Below are positions 26,817-35,986 of a DNA stretch of 43,223 nucleotides, one piece after another (within the stretch, counting starts at the first letter, position 1; every line of letters begins with the position of its first letter). The notes under the pieces are model-generated. The model saw nothing but the letters and a program-made list of their open reading frames with translations. It made no database searches and was not told the DNA's origin. Both the position numbers and the translations under genes were made by a program. Source of the stretch: a plasmid; sequence record NZ_CP125988.1, one strand, 5' to 3'.

Positions 26817-27810
26817 ACAGATGTCAACAAATAAAAATGCATTAATAAGATACAAGACACTTGATAAATGTTTAAGTAATAAATACAAAAGATATTATAT
26901 CAACGATTTAATTCAGGCATGTAATGATGTGTTGTATGAACATTATGGTGAAGAGGTTACAGTTTCTAGGCGTCAAATTTTCAATGATCTTGAATTCATG
27001 AAAAGTGATGCAGGATATGAAGCTCCTATTGTATCTGTTAGAGATGGAAGGAAAGTATATTATACATATGAAGATCTTAATTTTTCTATAGTACAAAAAC
27101 CTTTAACCAATGACGAATTGTCAATTTTAGAAAATACAATTGAATTATTGAGTCGGTTAAAAGGAATTCCTGGAATTGAGGGTATTGAATCTGTAGAAAC
27201 AAAATTAATGAATGTAAGTAATGAAAATTCAGTACAGAAAATCATCTCCTTTCAAGAAAATGAATTTTTAAAAGGTTTAGAATTTTTGACTCCATTATAT
27301 AATTATATAAAGAATTGTCAAGTTGTAAAACTTACTTACAAACCTTTTACACATACAAACTCTACGTCATATATTATAGCTCCATATTTTTTAAAACAAT
27401 ACAATAATCGTTGGTTTTTATTTGGGTGGAATTACGAATTAAATAAAATACAAAACATAGCATTAGATCGAATAGTAAAGTTGGAGTCAACAACTACTGA
27501 GTTGTATTGTAATTCTACTATAGATTTTGATGAATATTTTGAGGATATTATTGGTGTAACTAATTTTGAAAATAATGAAGTTTTAAAGGTAAAGATTCAG
27601 TTGTCTGATAGTATAATTCCTTATATTGAGTCAAAGCCGATACATGGTTCTCAAAAAATTATTGATAATATTTTACACTTATCAGTAAAATATAATTATG
27701 AATTAGAAAGTTTACTTCTTTCTTACGGTGAAAATATTAAAGTATTAGAACCTCATTTTTTAATTGATCGATTAAAGGAGAGAATCAATAATTTAAAAAA
27801 TATTTATTAA
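26785..27810 (+). CDS. WYL-domain transcriptional regulator (BrxR/CapW-like), probable start at 26818 (MSTNKN...)
   Basis: N-terminal wHTH 'VSRRQIFNDLEFMK'. WYL motif 'APYFLKQYNNRWFLFGWNYELNKIQNIALDRI'. Sits directly upstream of a defence operon, as BrxR-family regulators do. Confidence 0.7.
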   Translation: MGYCVMSIIFRQMSTNKNALIRYKTLDKCLSNKYKRYYINDLIQACNDVLYEHYGEEVTVSRRQIFNDLEFMKSDAGYEAPIVSVRDGRKVYYTYEDLNFSIVQKPLTNDELSILENTIELLSRLKGIPGIEGIESVETKLMNVSNENSVQKIISFQENEFLKGLEFLTPLYNYIKNCQVVKLTYKPFTHTNSTSYIIAPYFLKQYNNRWFLFGWNYELNKIQNIALDRIVKLESTTTELYCNSTIDFDEYFEDIIGVTNFENNEVLKVKIQLSDSIIPYIESKPIHGSQKIIDNILHLSVKYNYELESLLLSYGENIKVLEPHFLIDRLKERINNLKNIY

Positions 27811-27846
27811 TGCAGTATAATTGCACAGGTCGTCTGTATTTTTGTA

Positions 27847-30327
27847 GTGTTAATCTTTAATATTTGTTTTATGAGCGTTACAAAGACTACTTCAGAAGTT
27901 AATATGATCACAAGTAATTTATTACATGATATTAGAAAAATAATTTCATTAGATAATTATATCGTTTTAATTTATTTAGTTTCACTAAATAAGATTGGCG
28001 CTATTTCTATTTCTGAAACATTACCAAACGATGATATGAAGAAGAGCTTATTAGCTCAATTAAGAAATTCGGAGTTTATAAAGAATGTAAATCCTTTATT
28101 TATTGATGTTTTTCACACAGTTATTAATAAGCTATCTTATAATGAGTTAAATAGTCTGTTGTATGTTTTAAAAGACTTTTCTATTGATGATCATCTTTTA
28201 TCTGATTTCTTTGAAGATTTAATTTATAAAATATCTTTAAGCCAAGGTAGAATTGCTTCAGAATACTTACAACCTTTAGAATTAACTCATTTTATAAAGG
28301 GTTTGATTTCTAAAGATGAAGGTCAGAAGATTTATAATCCATTTGCTGGTATAGCTTCTTTTGGAGTTATTGCAAATGAAAAGGATAGCTATTATGGACA
28401 AGAATTAGTACCAACCTCATGGGGTATTGGGCTATTACGATTGATTATTAATGGAAAAGATCATCAAAACTATGTTTGTGATGATTCAGTTTCAAATTGG
28501 TTAGGCACTTCTCAAAAATTCGATGTAATTGTAGCTAACCCACCATTAAATGTTCGGCTAAATGAGAGAATTGAAGGGCTTAGATTTCTTGAAGATTTTT
28601 ATATAAGTAAAGGGTTAGATGCATTAGCAGATAATGGATATTTAATTTCTGTATCTTCTTTTACTTTACTTACTTCTACTATGTATCGACCTTTAATTCA
28701 AAAATTAGTAGATAATGATTATTTAGAAGCTATCGTTTCATTTCCTTCTAATATTTTATTGAATGCGAGCATTCCTTTTTATGTACTTATTCTAAACAAG
28801 AATAAGGCTGAAAAAGGAGTAGTTAAGTTTTTCGATGCCAAAGATTTTAGTATTAAGTCCAATAAAATTTTTAAAATTGACGATTCTAATTTATTAGAAG
28901 CATTTAAAAATTCTAAGGATAGGAATGTTGTTAGAAAAATTACGAATGAGCAAATTAAAGAAGAGGATTACAATTTACAAGTTGGTAGATATTTTATAGA
29001 TATTGATTTTAATTTAGGCCATCCATCTAAATTAGGTAATATACTTACACCTGTTTCTTTAGTAAATGATAGAAATATATCAAGATTCTATAAATTGAGT
29101 TTAAATAATCTTTCTGATAATATTTTGAAGAAAGATATTGATAACTCTACACTAGAAATTGTAAATGATCATGATGCTCCTAGATTTATGAATATTTTAG
29201 GTAGAAATGCTCTTATTATTTCTACCGTAAATAATATTAAAATTGGGTTTTTCAAATTTGATGGTACACCAGTGTTACTTCCAAGAGATTTTTATGCAGT
29301 AACTTTTGATGATGATTTAATTGATGCCAATTATTTAGTTTCCGTTTTATTATCTACAAATGTTCTGGAACAGTATAAAAAATATTCTAAAGGAAATGTA
29401 CTGAGTAGAATATCTAGAAATGATTTTTTTAAAATCATAGTTTCACTTCCTCCATTAGATACTCAGCATGCTATTTATTTAGATAATTTAAGAGATTATA
29501 TTGGTAAAAATGAAGAATTAAATCACCTTATTAAGGTTCAAAATTTATTAGACAGTAGCGATAGTAATAGTTTGTTAAGACATGAAATTGCTGGACCTCT
29601 AAGAAATATAAAATCTTCATTGAATTTTATACTAAGTATGATGGAGAAAAAAATCTCTTCAGATTTCCCAGAAGTGTTACATTTAACACCACATCCTGCT
29701 GTAGAAACAACGTTTAAAGAGTATTTAAATTTTATGAAAAGAGATTTAGATAGAATAAGTGTTTCCGTAAATAAAATGAGTGGAGAAATTGATTTTAGTC
29801 AAATGAAAATAGAAGAAATTGATTTGATTTCATTTATTCAAGATTATGTCAATTCTGTAAAGGTTCGTGCGAATAATAAATTTTCTATCGAATTGGATTT
29901 TAATGAAATTGAATTAAAATTAAATGGAATTGATCAGCTATTGATCAATGGCGATAAAAATTTGCTTTCCAATGTATTTGACAATTTAATTGAAAATGCT
30001 GAGAAGCATGCTTTTAGTTCTGAAGATTTTGAGGATAATAAAATCAAAATTGAATTGTTGTGCAGTTTTGAGGACAATACGGTTCAAATCGATATTTGTA
30101 ATACAGGAAAGCCTTTACCATCCGACTTAACGTACAATCAATTGGTAAGGAAAGGTGGTTCTTTCGGAATTAATAATGGCAGTGGGATAGGGATGTGGTA
30201 TGTTAGTGAAGTTCTTAAGAAGCATAAAGGATTTTTAGGGTTTACGGATGAAACGGGGCCTGAAGGTATTGATAGTGAATTTGTAACGTCTATTGAACTA
30301 ACACTTCCTGTAATTTTTAAAAAATAA
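27847..30327 (+). CDS. Fusion protein: HsdM-like N6-adenine MTase fold (degenerate motifs I and IV) + single HsdS-type TRD + histidine-kinase core (HisKA + HATPase_c); probable start at the second Met, 27871
   Basis: MTase block 'YGQELVPTSWGIGLLRLIING', 'FDVIVANPPLNV', 'YLEAIVSFPSNILLNASIPFYVLILNKNK'. TRD end 'IVSLPPLDTQHAIYLDNL'. H-box 'LRHEIAGPLRNI'. N/G1/G2 boxes 'NLIENAEKHAF', 'DICNTGKPLP', 'GSGIGMWYVSEVL'. TATTTTTG -7 box at 27837-27844. Confidence 0.8.
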   Translation: MLIFNICFMSVTKTTSEVNMITSNLLHDIRKIISLDNYIVLIYLVSLNKIGAISISETLPNDDMKKSLLAQLRNSEFIKNVNPLFIDVFHTVINKLSYNELNSLLYVLKDFSIDDHLLSDFFEDLIYKISLSQGRIASEYLQPLELTHFIKGLISKDEGQKIYNPFAGIASFGVIANEKDSYYGQELVPTSWGIGLLRLIINGKDHQNYVCDDSVSNWLGTSQKFDVIVANPPLNVRLNERIEGLRFLEDFYISKGLDALADNGYLISVSSFTLLTSTMYRPLIQKLVDNDYLEAIVSFPSNILLNASIPFYVLILNKNKAEKGVVKFFDAKDFSIKSNKIFKIDDSNLLEAFKNSKDRNVVRKITNEQIKEEDYNLQVGRYFIDIDFNLGHPSKLGNILTPVSLVNDRNISRFYKLSLNNLSDNILKKDIDNSTLEIVNDHDAPRFMNILGRNALIISTVNNIKIGFFKFDGTPVLLPRDFYAVTFDDDLIDANYLVSVLLSTNVLEQYKKYSKGNVLSRISRNDFFKIIVSLPPLDTQHAIYLDNLRDYIGKNEELNHLIKVQNLLDSSDSNSLLRHEIAGPLRNIKSSLNFILSMMEKKISSDFPEVLHLTPHPAVETTFKEYLNFMKRDLDRISVSVNKMSGEIDFSQMKIEEIDLISFIQDYVNSVKVRANNKFSIELDFNEIELKLNGIDQLLINGDKNLLSNVFDNLIENAEKHAFSSEDFEDNKIKIELLCSFEDNTVQIDICNTGKPLPSDLTYNQLVRKGGSFGINNGSGIGMWYVSEVLKKHKGFLGFTDETGPEGIDSEFVTSIELTLPVIFKK

Positions 30328-30331
30328 AGCG

Positions 30332-31498
30332 ATGATAAATGTACTTTGGATAGATGACGAGCATAAAGTTTTCCAGCCTCTTAAAGATGCTGCAATAATA
30401 GAAAATATTCAATTGGTTGGATATGACAATGCTGAAGATGGGTTATTAGAATTGACTAATAATTTCAATCATTATGATGCTGTTATTTTAGATGGAATTT
30501 TTTTTACAGATAAAACAAATAGTAAACAAACAGATGAAGCGTTTGGGAATGTTGCAAAAGGTTTACTTGAATTAAGAACAAAGGGATTTATAATACCTGT
30601 TTTTATTTATTCCGGTCAACCAAGTTTTGTGAAAGATAGTCATTCATATGTAAATTTATTTAAAGATGAATTTTCTGCAAATGGAAGGGTTTTCGATAAA
30701 ACGGATGATGATGGTATGCCTGAACTTTTACTGCATATTAAAGAAGCTGTAAAAGATAATGTTTATACTAAAATAAGACATCAGTATTCCGATGTATTCA
30801 AATACGTATCTTACATCCCTACTTTAGATAAGCATTATGGAAACTTTTTAGAACTTTTAAAAAATATTGATACCGATCAGGATTTGACGAAAGTTCGTAT
30901 GATTATAGAAAGTCTTTTCAAAGCTTTAGCTGATATTAATATCATTCCACAAGGATTTACGGAAGAAAAAGGTTGGATTAATGGAACCTCAAAGTTTTTA
31001 TCCTGCAACCACAAGGATTTTGATTTTTTAGCACCAGATTTCATTCATCCTACGATATGCGAAACTTTATACAGAGTTTTAAATATAGTACAAGATGGTT
31101 CACATAACGAAGGTAGCCTTAAATTGAAAGTAGATGATTATTCACGTAAATACACTTCTGGTTATCTTTACAAAAGTGTTGTTTATGGACTACTCGAAAT
31201 TTTGTGTTATTTTGGTGAATTAATAAAAAACAATCAAGACGTAGAAGAAAATCAATCCCGTTGGAAGAAAAAAAAGATTGTAAAAACAGAAGAAGTTTTT
31301 GTTGAAGCCATATTTCAATCGATAAACGAAGCTAATTGGGGAACAATTAAATGTATAGATGGAAAAGAAGTTTCAGTACATCCAAAATCGATTGAAACGC
31401 ATAATTTAGCAATTGGAGAAATAATTTGGGTTTCTTTGGAATTTAACGAACCAAAAAATAAATATCATATCAAAAACATTAAGAAGAATAATGGCTAA
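30332..31498 (+). CDS. Response regulator: N-terminal receiver (REC) domain + ~250-aa output domain of unknown type
   Basis: '[14 protein letters not shown]...[12 protein letters not shown]...[15 protein letters not shown]' (acidic pocket, phospho-Asp, S/T and K positions). Starts 4 bp after the kinase stop. Its stop overlaps hsdM. Confidence 0.65.
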   Translation: MINVLWIDDEHKVFQPLKDAAIIENIQLVGYDNAEDGLLELTNNFNHYDAVILDGIFFTDKTNSKQTDEAFGNVAKGLLELRTKGFIIPVFIYSGQPSFVKDSHSYVNLFKDEFSANGRVFDKTDDDGMPELLLHIKEAVKDNVYTKIRHQYSDVFKYVSYIPTLDKHYGNFLELLKNIDTDQDLTKVRMIIESLFKALADINIIPQGFTEEKGWINGTSKFLSCNHKDFDFLAPDFIHPTICETLYRVLNIVQDGSHNEGSLKLKVDDYSRKYTSGYLYKSVVYGLLEILCYFGELIKNNQDVEENQSRWKKKKIVKTEEVFVEAIFQSINEANWGTIKCIDGKEVSVHPKSIETHNLAIGEIIWVSLEFNEPKNKYHIKNIKKNNG

Positions 31499-33044
31499 AA
31501 AGAAAAAAGAAGAAGTTCAAGAAACCATCGAAAAAACCTTGTGGAAAGCAGCGGATAAGTTGCGTAAAAACATCAATGCAGCCGAATATAAAGATGTGGT
31601 TCTTGGCTTAATATTCTTAAAATATATATCCATTGCGTTTGAAAAATTGCATGCAGAATTAACCGCACAAATTGATCAAGGAGCTGATCCTGAAGACAGA
31701 GAAGAATATACTGCAGAAAATGTATTCTTCGTGCCACTATCGGCGCGTTGGTCGTTTTTACAAAGTTCAGCTAAACAAACGACGATCGGTAAAATTGTAG
31801 ACGATGGGATGGATGCTATTGAGGCGGAAAATCCGCAATTAAAAGGAATTTTACCTAAAGTATATGCTAAACAAAATTTGGATCCTACCAGCTTAGGAGA
31901 TTTGATCGACTTAATTGGTAATATCAACTTTGGCGATACCCAAGAGCGTTCTGCCGATGTATTAGGACACGTTTTCGAATATTTCTTAGGTCAGTTTGCT
32001 TTGGCTGAAGGTCAAAAAGGTGGACAGTTCTACACGCCACGTTCGGTAGTAGAGTTATTGGTCGAAATGCTAGAGCCTTACAAAGGTCGTGTATTCGATC
32101 CATGCTGTGGTTCGGGGGGGATGTTTGTGCAGTCGGAGAAATTCGTAACCGAGCGTCAAGGTCGTATTGATGATATCTCTATTTTCGGACAAGAATCCAA
32201 CCAAACCACTTGGCGTTTGGCAAAGATGAACTTAGCCATCCGTGGGATTGATTCTTCGCAAGTGAAATGGAATTCGGAAGGTTCGTTTTTGAACGATGCA
32301 CACAAAGATTTAAAAGCCGATTATATCATTGCCAATCCTCCGTTTAACGTGAGCGATTGGTCGGGCGATTTGTTGCGTAACGATGCGCGTTGGCAGTTTG
32401 GTACTCCTCCCGTAGGTAATGCCAACTTTGGTTGGTTGCAACATTTTATCCATCACTTGGCACCAACAGGGCAAGCGGGTGTAGTATTGGCAAAAGGAGC
32501 CTTAACGTCTAAAACTTCGGGTGAAGGAGAAATCCGTAAAAACTTGATCGAAGAAGGTTTGATTGATTGTATCGTGAACTTACCAGCAAAATTGTTCCTG
32601 AATACGCAAATTCCTGCCGCCTTATGGTTTATGCGCCGTAAGAAAGTACCGAATCCAAAATTTCGTAACACCGAAAACGAAATCTTGTTTATCGATGCGC
32701 GTAATTTAGGGCATTTGATCAACCGTAGAAACCGTGAGTTGAGCAAAGAGGATATCGACTTAATTGCTTCTACCTACCACAATTGGCGTAATTTAGATGG
32801 GCAATACGAAGATGTAGCAGGTTTCTGTGCTTCGGTGCCTGTATCTAAAGTAGCGGAGTTGGATTATGTACTAACGCCTGGACGATATGTAGGTTTACCT
32901 GATGAAGAAGACGATTTCAACTTTGTAGAACGTTTTACATCATTGAAAACCACTTTAGAAGAACAATTAGCCAAAGAAGCAGAACTGAATGCCATAATTG
33001 CGGATAACCTATTAAAAATTGAATTGCCGAAAGATGGAGAATAG
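31491..33044 (+). CDS. hsdM: Type I restriction-modification methyltransferase subunit HsdM
   Basis: '[17 protein letters not shown]', motif I '[12 protein letters not shown]', motif IV '[12 protein letters not shown]'. Noticeably higher GC than the flanking genes. Confidence 0.9.
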   Translation: MAKKKKEEVQETIEKTLWKAADKLRKNINAAEYKDVVLGLIFLKYISIAFEKLHAELTAQIDQGADPEDREEYTAENVFFVPLSARWSFLQSSAKQTTIGKIVDDGMDAIEAENPQLKGILPKVYAKQNLDPTSLGDLIDLIGNINFGDTQERSADVLGHVFEYFLGQFALAEGQKGGQFYTPRSVVELLVEMLEPYKGRVFDPCCGSGGMFVQSEKFVTERQGRIDDISIFGQESNQTTWRLAKMNLAIRGIDSSQVKWNSEGSFLNDAHKDLKADYIIANPPFNVSDWSGDLLRNDARWQFGTPPVGNANFGWLQHFIHHLAPTGQAGVVLAKGALTSKTSGEGEIRKNLIEEGLIDCIVNLPAKLFLNTQIPAALWFMRRKKVPNPKFRNTENEILFIDARNLGHLINRRNRELSKEDIDLIASTYHNWRNLDGQYEDVAGFCASVPVSKVAELDYVLTPGRYVGLPDEEDDFNFVERFTSLKTTLEEQLAKEAELNAIIADNLLKIELPKDGE

Positions 33045-34293
33045 CTTATTTAAAAATTCAGAATTAGGTTTGATTCCTTTTAATTGGAATGAATATTCAG
33101 TTGAAAAATTAATTGAATTAGAATATATACATAAACCATTGGATGGAAATCATGGGTCTATTCACCCTAAAGGAAAAGACTTTATAGATTGTGGAATTCC
33201 TTTTATAATGGCATCGGATATAAATAATGGAAAAGTTAATTTAAAGCATTGTTCATTTATTAGTGAAGAACAAGCAAATTCATTACAAAAAGGTTTTTCT
33301 ATTGAAGGTGATGTATTACTGACTCATAAAGCTACTCTAGGGAGAACTGCAATTGTTCCGAAGATTTCAACTGATTTTATTATGCTTACACCACAAGTAA
33401 CATATTATAGAATTAAGAATAATGATTATTTAAATAATAAATATCTTAAATATTATTTTGATAGTCCTTCATTTCAGGGGATTTTAGAGAATCATGGTAG
33501 TAGCGGATCAACCAGAGCTTATATTGGAATTACGGCTCAAAGAGAGCTGCCAATCATTATTCCCCCACTTCCCGAGCAAAAAGCCATTGCATCGGTCTTG
33601 TCGAGTTTGGATGATAAAATCGACTTATTACACCAACAAAACCAAACCTTAGAGGCTTTGGCGGAAACCTTATACCTTAATTTCATTGGAGAAAGAGAAT
33701 TTAATAGTAAGCTAAGTAATATATTTTCTTTGCAGAATGGATATGCATTTAAAAGTAAATCATTCAAAGAGTCGGGTACTATTAGAGTAATTAAGATAAA
33801 AAATATTTCTGGAGATATAGTTGATATAACAAACTCCGATTTTGTTGATGATGAATCGATAAAAAAATTGGATACAAAGTTTAAAATCAATTCGGGCGAT
33901 ATATTAATAGCTATGACAGGAGCTGAAGTAGGTAAATTAGGTATTGTACCTGAGACAGAACAAAGCTTGTGGTTAAATCAGCGAGTAGGATTATTAAAAG
34001 AAAAATTTGAAGGTGCAAAGTATTTAGCATATCTACATTTAAAATCTGATTTCGGTCAAGATTATATTGAAAATACAGCGACTGGAAGCGCTCAACCAAA
34101 TATATCAGGAGAAGGAATTGAGAATTGTGAATTTCCTTTCTACGAAGAAACAGAGTTAAGGGAAATTTGTAATAAACTTTCTCCACTTTATGATAAAGTG
34201 ATATTTAATTTAGGTCAAATCCAAACCCTAACTAAACTTCGCGATACCTTATTGCCTAAGTTAATGAGTGGCGAGGTGAGGGTTCAGCTATAA
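33019..34293 (+). CDS. hsdS: Type I RM specificity subunit HsdS (two TRDs)
   Basis: Central conserved '[43 protein letters not shown]' and C-terminal '[17 protein letters not shown]' repeats flank two AT-rich variable TRDs. Confidence 0.85.
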   Translation: MNCRKMENSLFKNSELGLIPFNWNEYSVEKLIELEYIHKPLDGNHGSIHPKGKDFIDCGIPFIMASDINNGKVNLKHCSFISEEQANSLQKGFSIEGDVLLTHKATLGRTAIVPKISTDFIMLTPQVTYYRIKNNDYLNNKYLKYYFDSPSFQGILENHGSSGSTRAYIGITAQRELPIIIPPLPEQKAIASVLSSLDDKIDLLHQQNQTLEALAETLYLNFIGEREFNSKLSNIFSLQNGYAFKSKSFKESGTIRVIKIKNISGDIVDITNSDFVDDESIKKLDTKFKINSGDILIAMTGAEVGKLGIVPETEQSLWLNQRVGLLKEKFEGAKYLAYLHLKSDFGQDYIENTATGSAQPNISGEGIENCEFPFYEETELREICNKLSPLYDKVIFNLGQIQTLTKLRDTLLPKLMSGEVRVQL

Positions 34294-34372
34294 AAATAAA
34301 TAAGGGAGCTGTTGCCAATGCAGCTCCTTAAAGCTATTAACCAAAGCTAAGAATAACCCAAAAACATAATTT

Positions 34373-35986
34373 ATGGCTAAAGTATTACGTAGCAACGAGC
34401 ATATTGCACCTTATCTAAGCGAACGTTTGGCCTACATTCGTGGGCTAGATCCGCTAGGCTTACAAAATAATTCAGAAGCTACTTTTGCAATGCTTTTGCC
34501 TGGGCTTAATAATGTAACAGGTAGGCTTAGGTATTATAGTTTTTATTGTTGGTTGTTAGATCAATACAGTGTACACATCGGAAGTACCAATCCTAAAGAC
34601 CAAGAAGCATTTATTCGTAAAGCGGAGTTGCTATTAGCCTTGGTCATGGTACAATCTGGTACCGAATTTAATAATATACCCGGAAGTAATTTTGCTTCCA
34701 ACTACTTGCAAGAATCAACCGAAATCATAGATTTAGCTTCGGGAATTTATACAGAAGATCATAAAACAGCCACTACCTATTGGAAATATGCTACAGGTGC
34801 ATTTGGTCAGTATTATGTAGCTTCTTTAATCAATATAGGTATAGTAAGTAGTCGTGCCGATGAAGCCAAACTATACAGTCGTACCAATACCTTAGAAGAT
34901 GCAATTTTTGTAAGTGGTGAACAATTGGCTAAAACTTTTGATGTGAATATTGATCCATCGCACAAAAGCATCTTTTTAGAAGCTGTGCTATCTGCTCAAG
35001 TTTCTAAAAGTGATCTTGCGCCACTCTTTGAATCGTTCAATATGATGGAAATTCCATTAGATACCCAAGAGCATCAATTATTATTGCAGTTATTATTGCA
35101 AAGTGATCGTATGCCTTTGGATGCCGAAGAAGTACCCTTTCATAGAAAAAACACCTTTCGAGCATTACTATATTTTATACATCAGCAACCTGTAGAAAAG
35201 CCGACATTGGCTTTTGTACAAAATAATTATCATCGTGTCATTACAGAGGGGTTACCAACCAATGAAACACTTTTCGGTTGGTATTATTACCAAGTAAATG
35301 ATTGGTTTCAATTTGCAAATACAGCCTTATTTAATGGTTTGTTGCAAGAATTAACAACTGAATATGGTCTGAATTACGCTGACCTAACCACTTTTTGCGA
35401 TGTAATGAGTGGTAAAGTATTAGCAGAACTAATGGACACCTATGAAATCGAAGAGGCAGTAAGCTTACAAGATTTCATTTCTCAAATGGAAAGCTTCGTT
35501 ATAGATGAAGTGGAATTGAGTGATAATATATTGCGTTACGAAGGACTGGATAGAATCGTTTACGGTTTTGAATTATTAATCGCTTTATTTATCAATAATC
35601 AAGAGCATTTAGAAGCTATAGATACATTTGGTCATCGTCATGGAATTAAAAGAGATGGTGAGGCGAGTGCGTACTATTTAAAAAAGCTTACTCATAAATT
35701 ATCCTTATCGTTTAAAGATTTCATATATGAATATTTAGTGCAAAATATTGTATTACGACATCATTTTGTGGCTTTCAGGAAAATGGGAGGTGGTTCACAA
35801 AGTACTCAAAAATTTGTATTAGAAGAAGGACATATCCGTTACTTAGGAAATTTTGAGCCTTCGTTTACAGGACCTCGATTAACCACACTACATGCCTTTC
35901 TTAAAGATTTAAAATTGGTAGAACAACATAATATTACTGCCAAAGGAATTGCTGTTTTAAACGATGAAGCATTATGGCAAAAATAG
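34373..35986 (+). CDS. Hypothetical protein (537 aa) inserted between hsdS and hsdR; translationally coupled to the downstream PLD gene
   Basis: Long ORF with codon usage and GC similar to hsdM/hsdR. Its stop overlaps the ATG at 35974. No motif recognised. Confidence 0.55.
   Translation: MAKVLRSNEHIAPYLSERLAYIRGLDPLGLQNNSEATFAMLLPGLNNVTGRLRYYSFYCWLLDQYSVHIGSTNPKDQEAFIRKAELLLALVMVQSGTEFNNIPGSNFASNYLQESTEIIDLASGIYTEDHKTATTYWKYATGAFGQYYVASLINIGIVSSRADEAKLYSRTNTLEDAIFVSGEQLAKTFDVNIDPSHKSIFLEAVLSAQVSKSDLAPLFESFNMMEIPLDTQEHQLLLQLLLQSDRMPLDAEEVPFHRKNTFRALLYFIHQQPVEKPTLAFVQNNYHRVITEGLPTNETLFGWYYYQVNDWFQFANTALFNGLLQELTTEYGLNYADLTTFCDVMSGKVLAELMDTYEIEEAVSLQDFISQMESFVIDEVELSDNILRYEGLDRIVYGFELLIALFINNQEHLEAIDTFGHRHGIKRDGEASAYYLKKLTHKLSLSFKDFIYEYLVQNIVLRHHFVAFRKMGGGSQSTQKFVLEEGHIRYLGNFEPSFTGPRLTTLHAFLKDLKLVEQHNITAKGIAVLNDEALWQK

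Noticed and set aside
26908-27245. Two minus-strand ORFs inside the WYL regulator gene
   Set aside because: Shadow ORFs.
31676-34186. Minus-strand ORFs inside hsdM and hsdS (31676..31927, 32453..32746, 33537..33890, 33911..34186)
   Set aside because: All antisense to canonical, motif-supported hsd genes.
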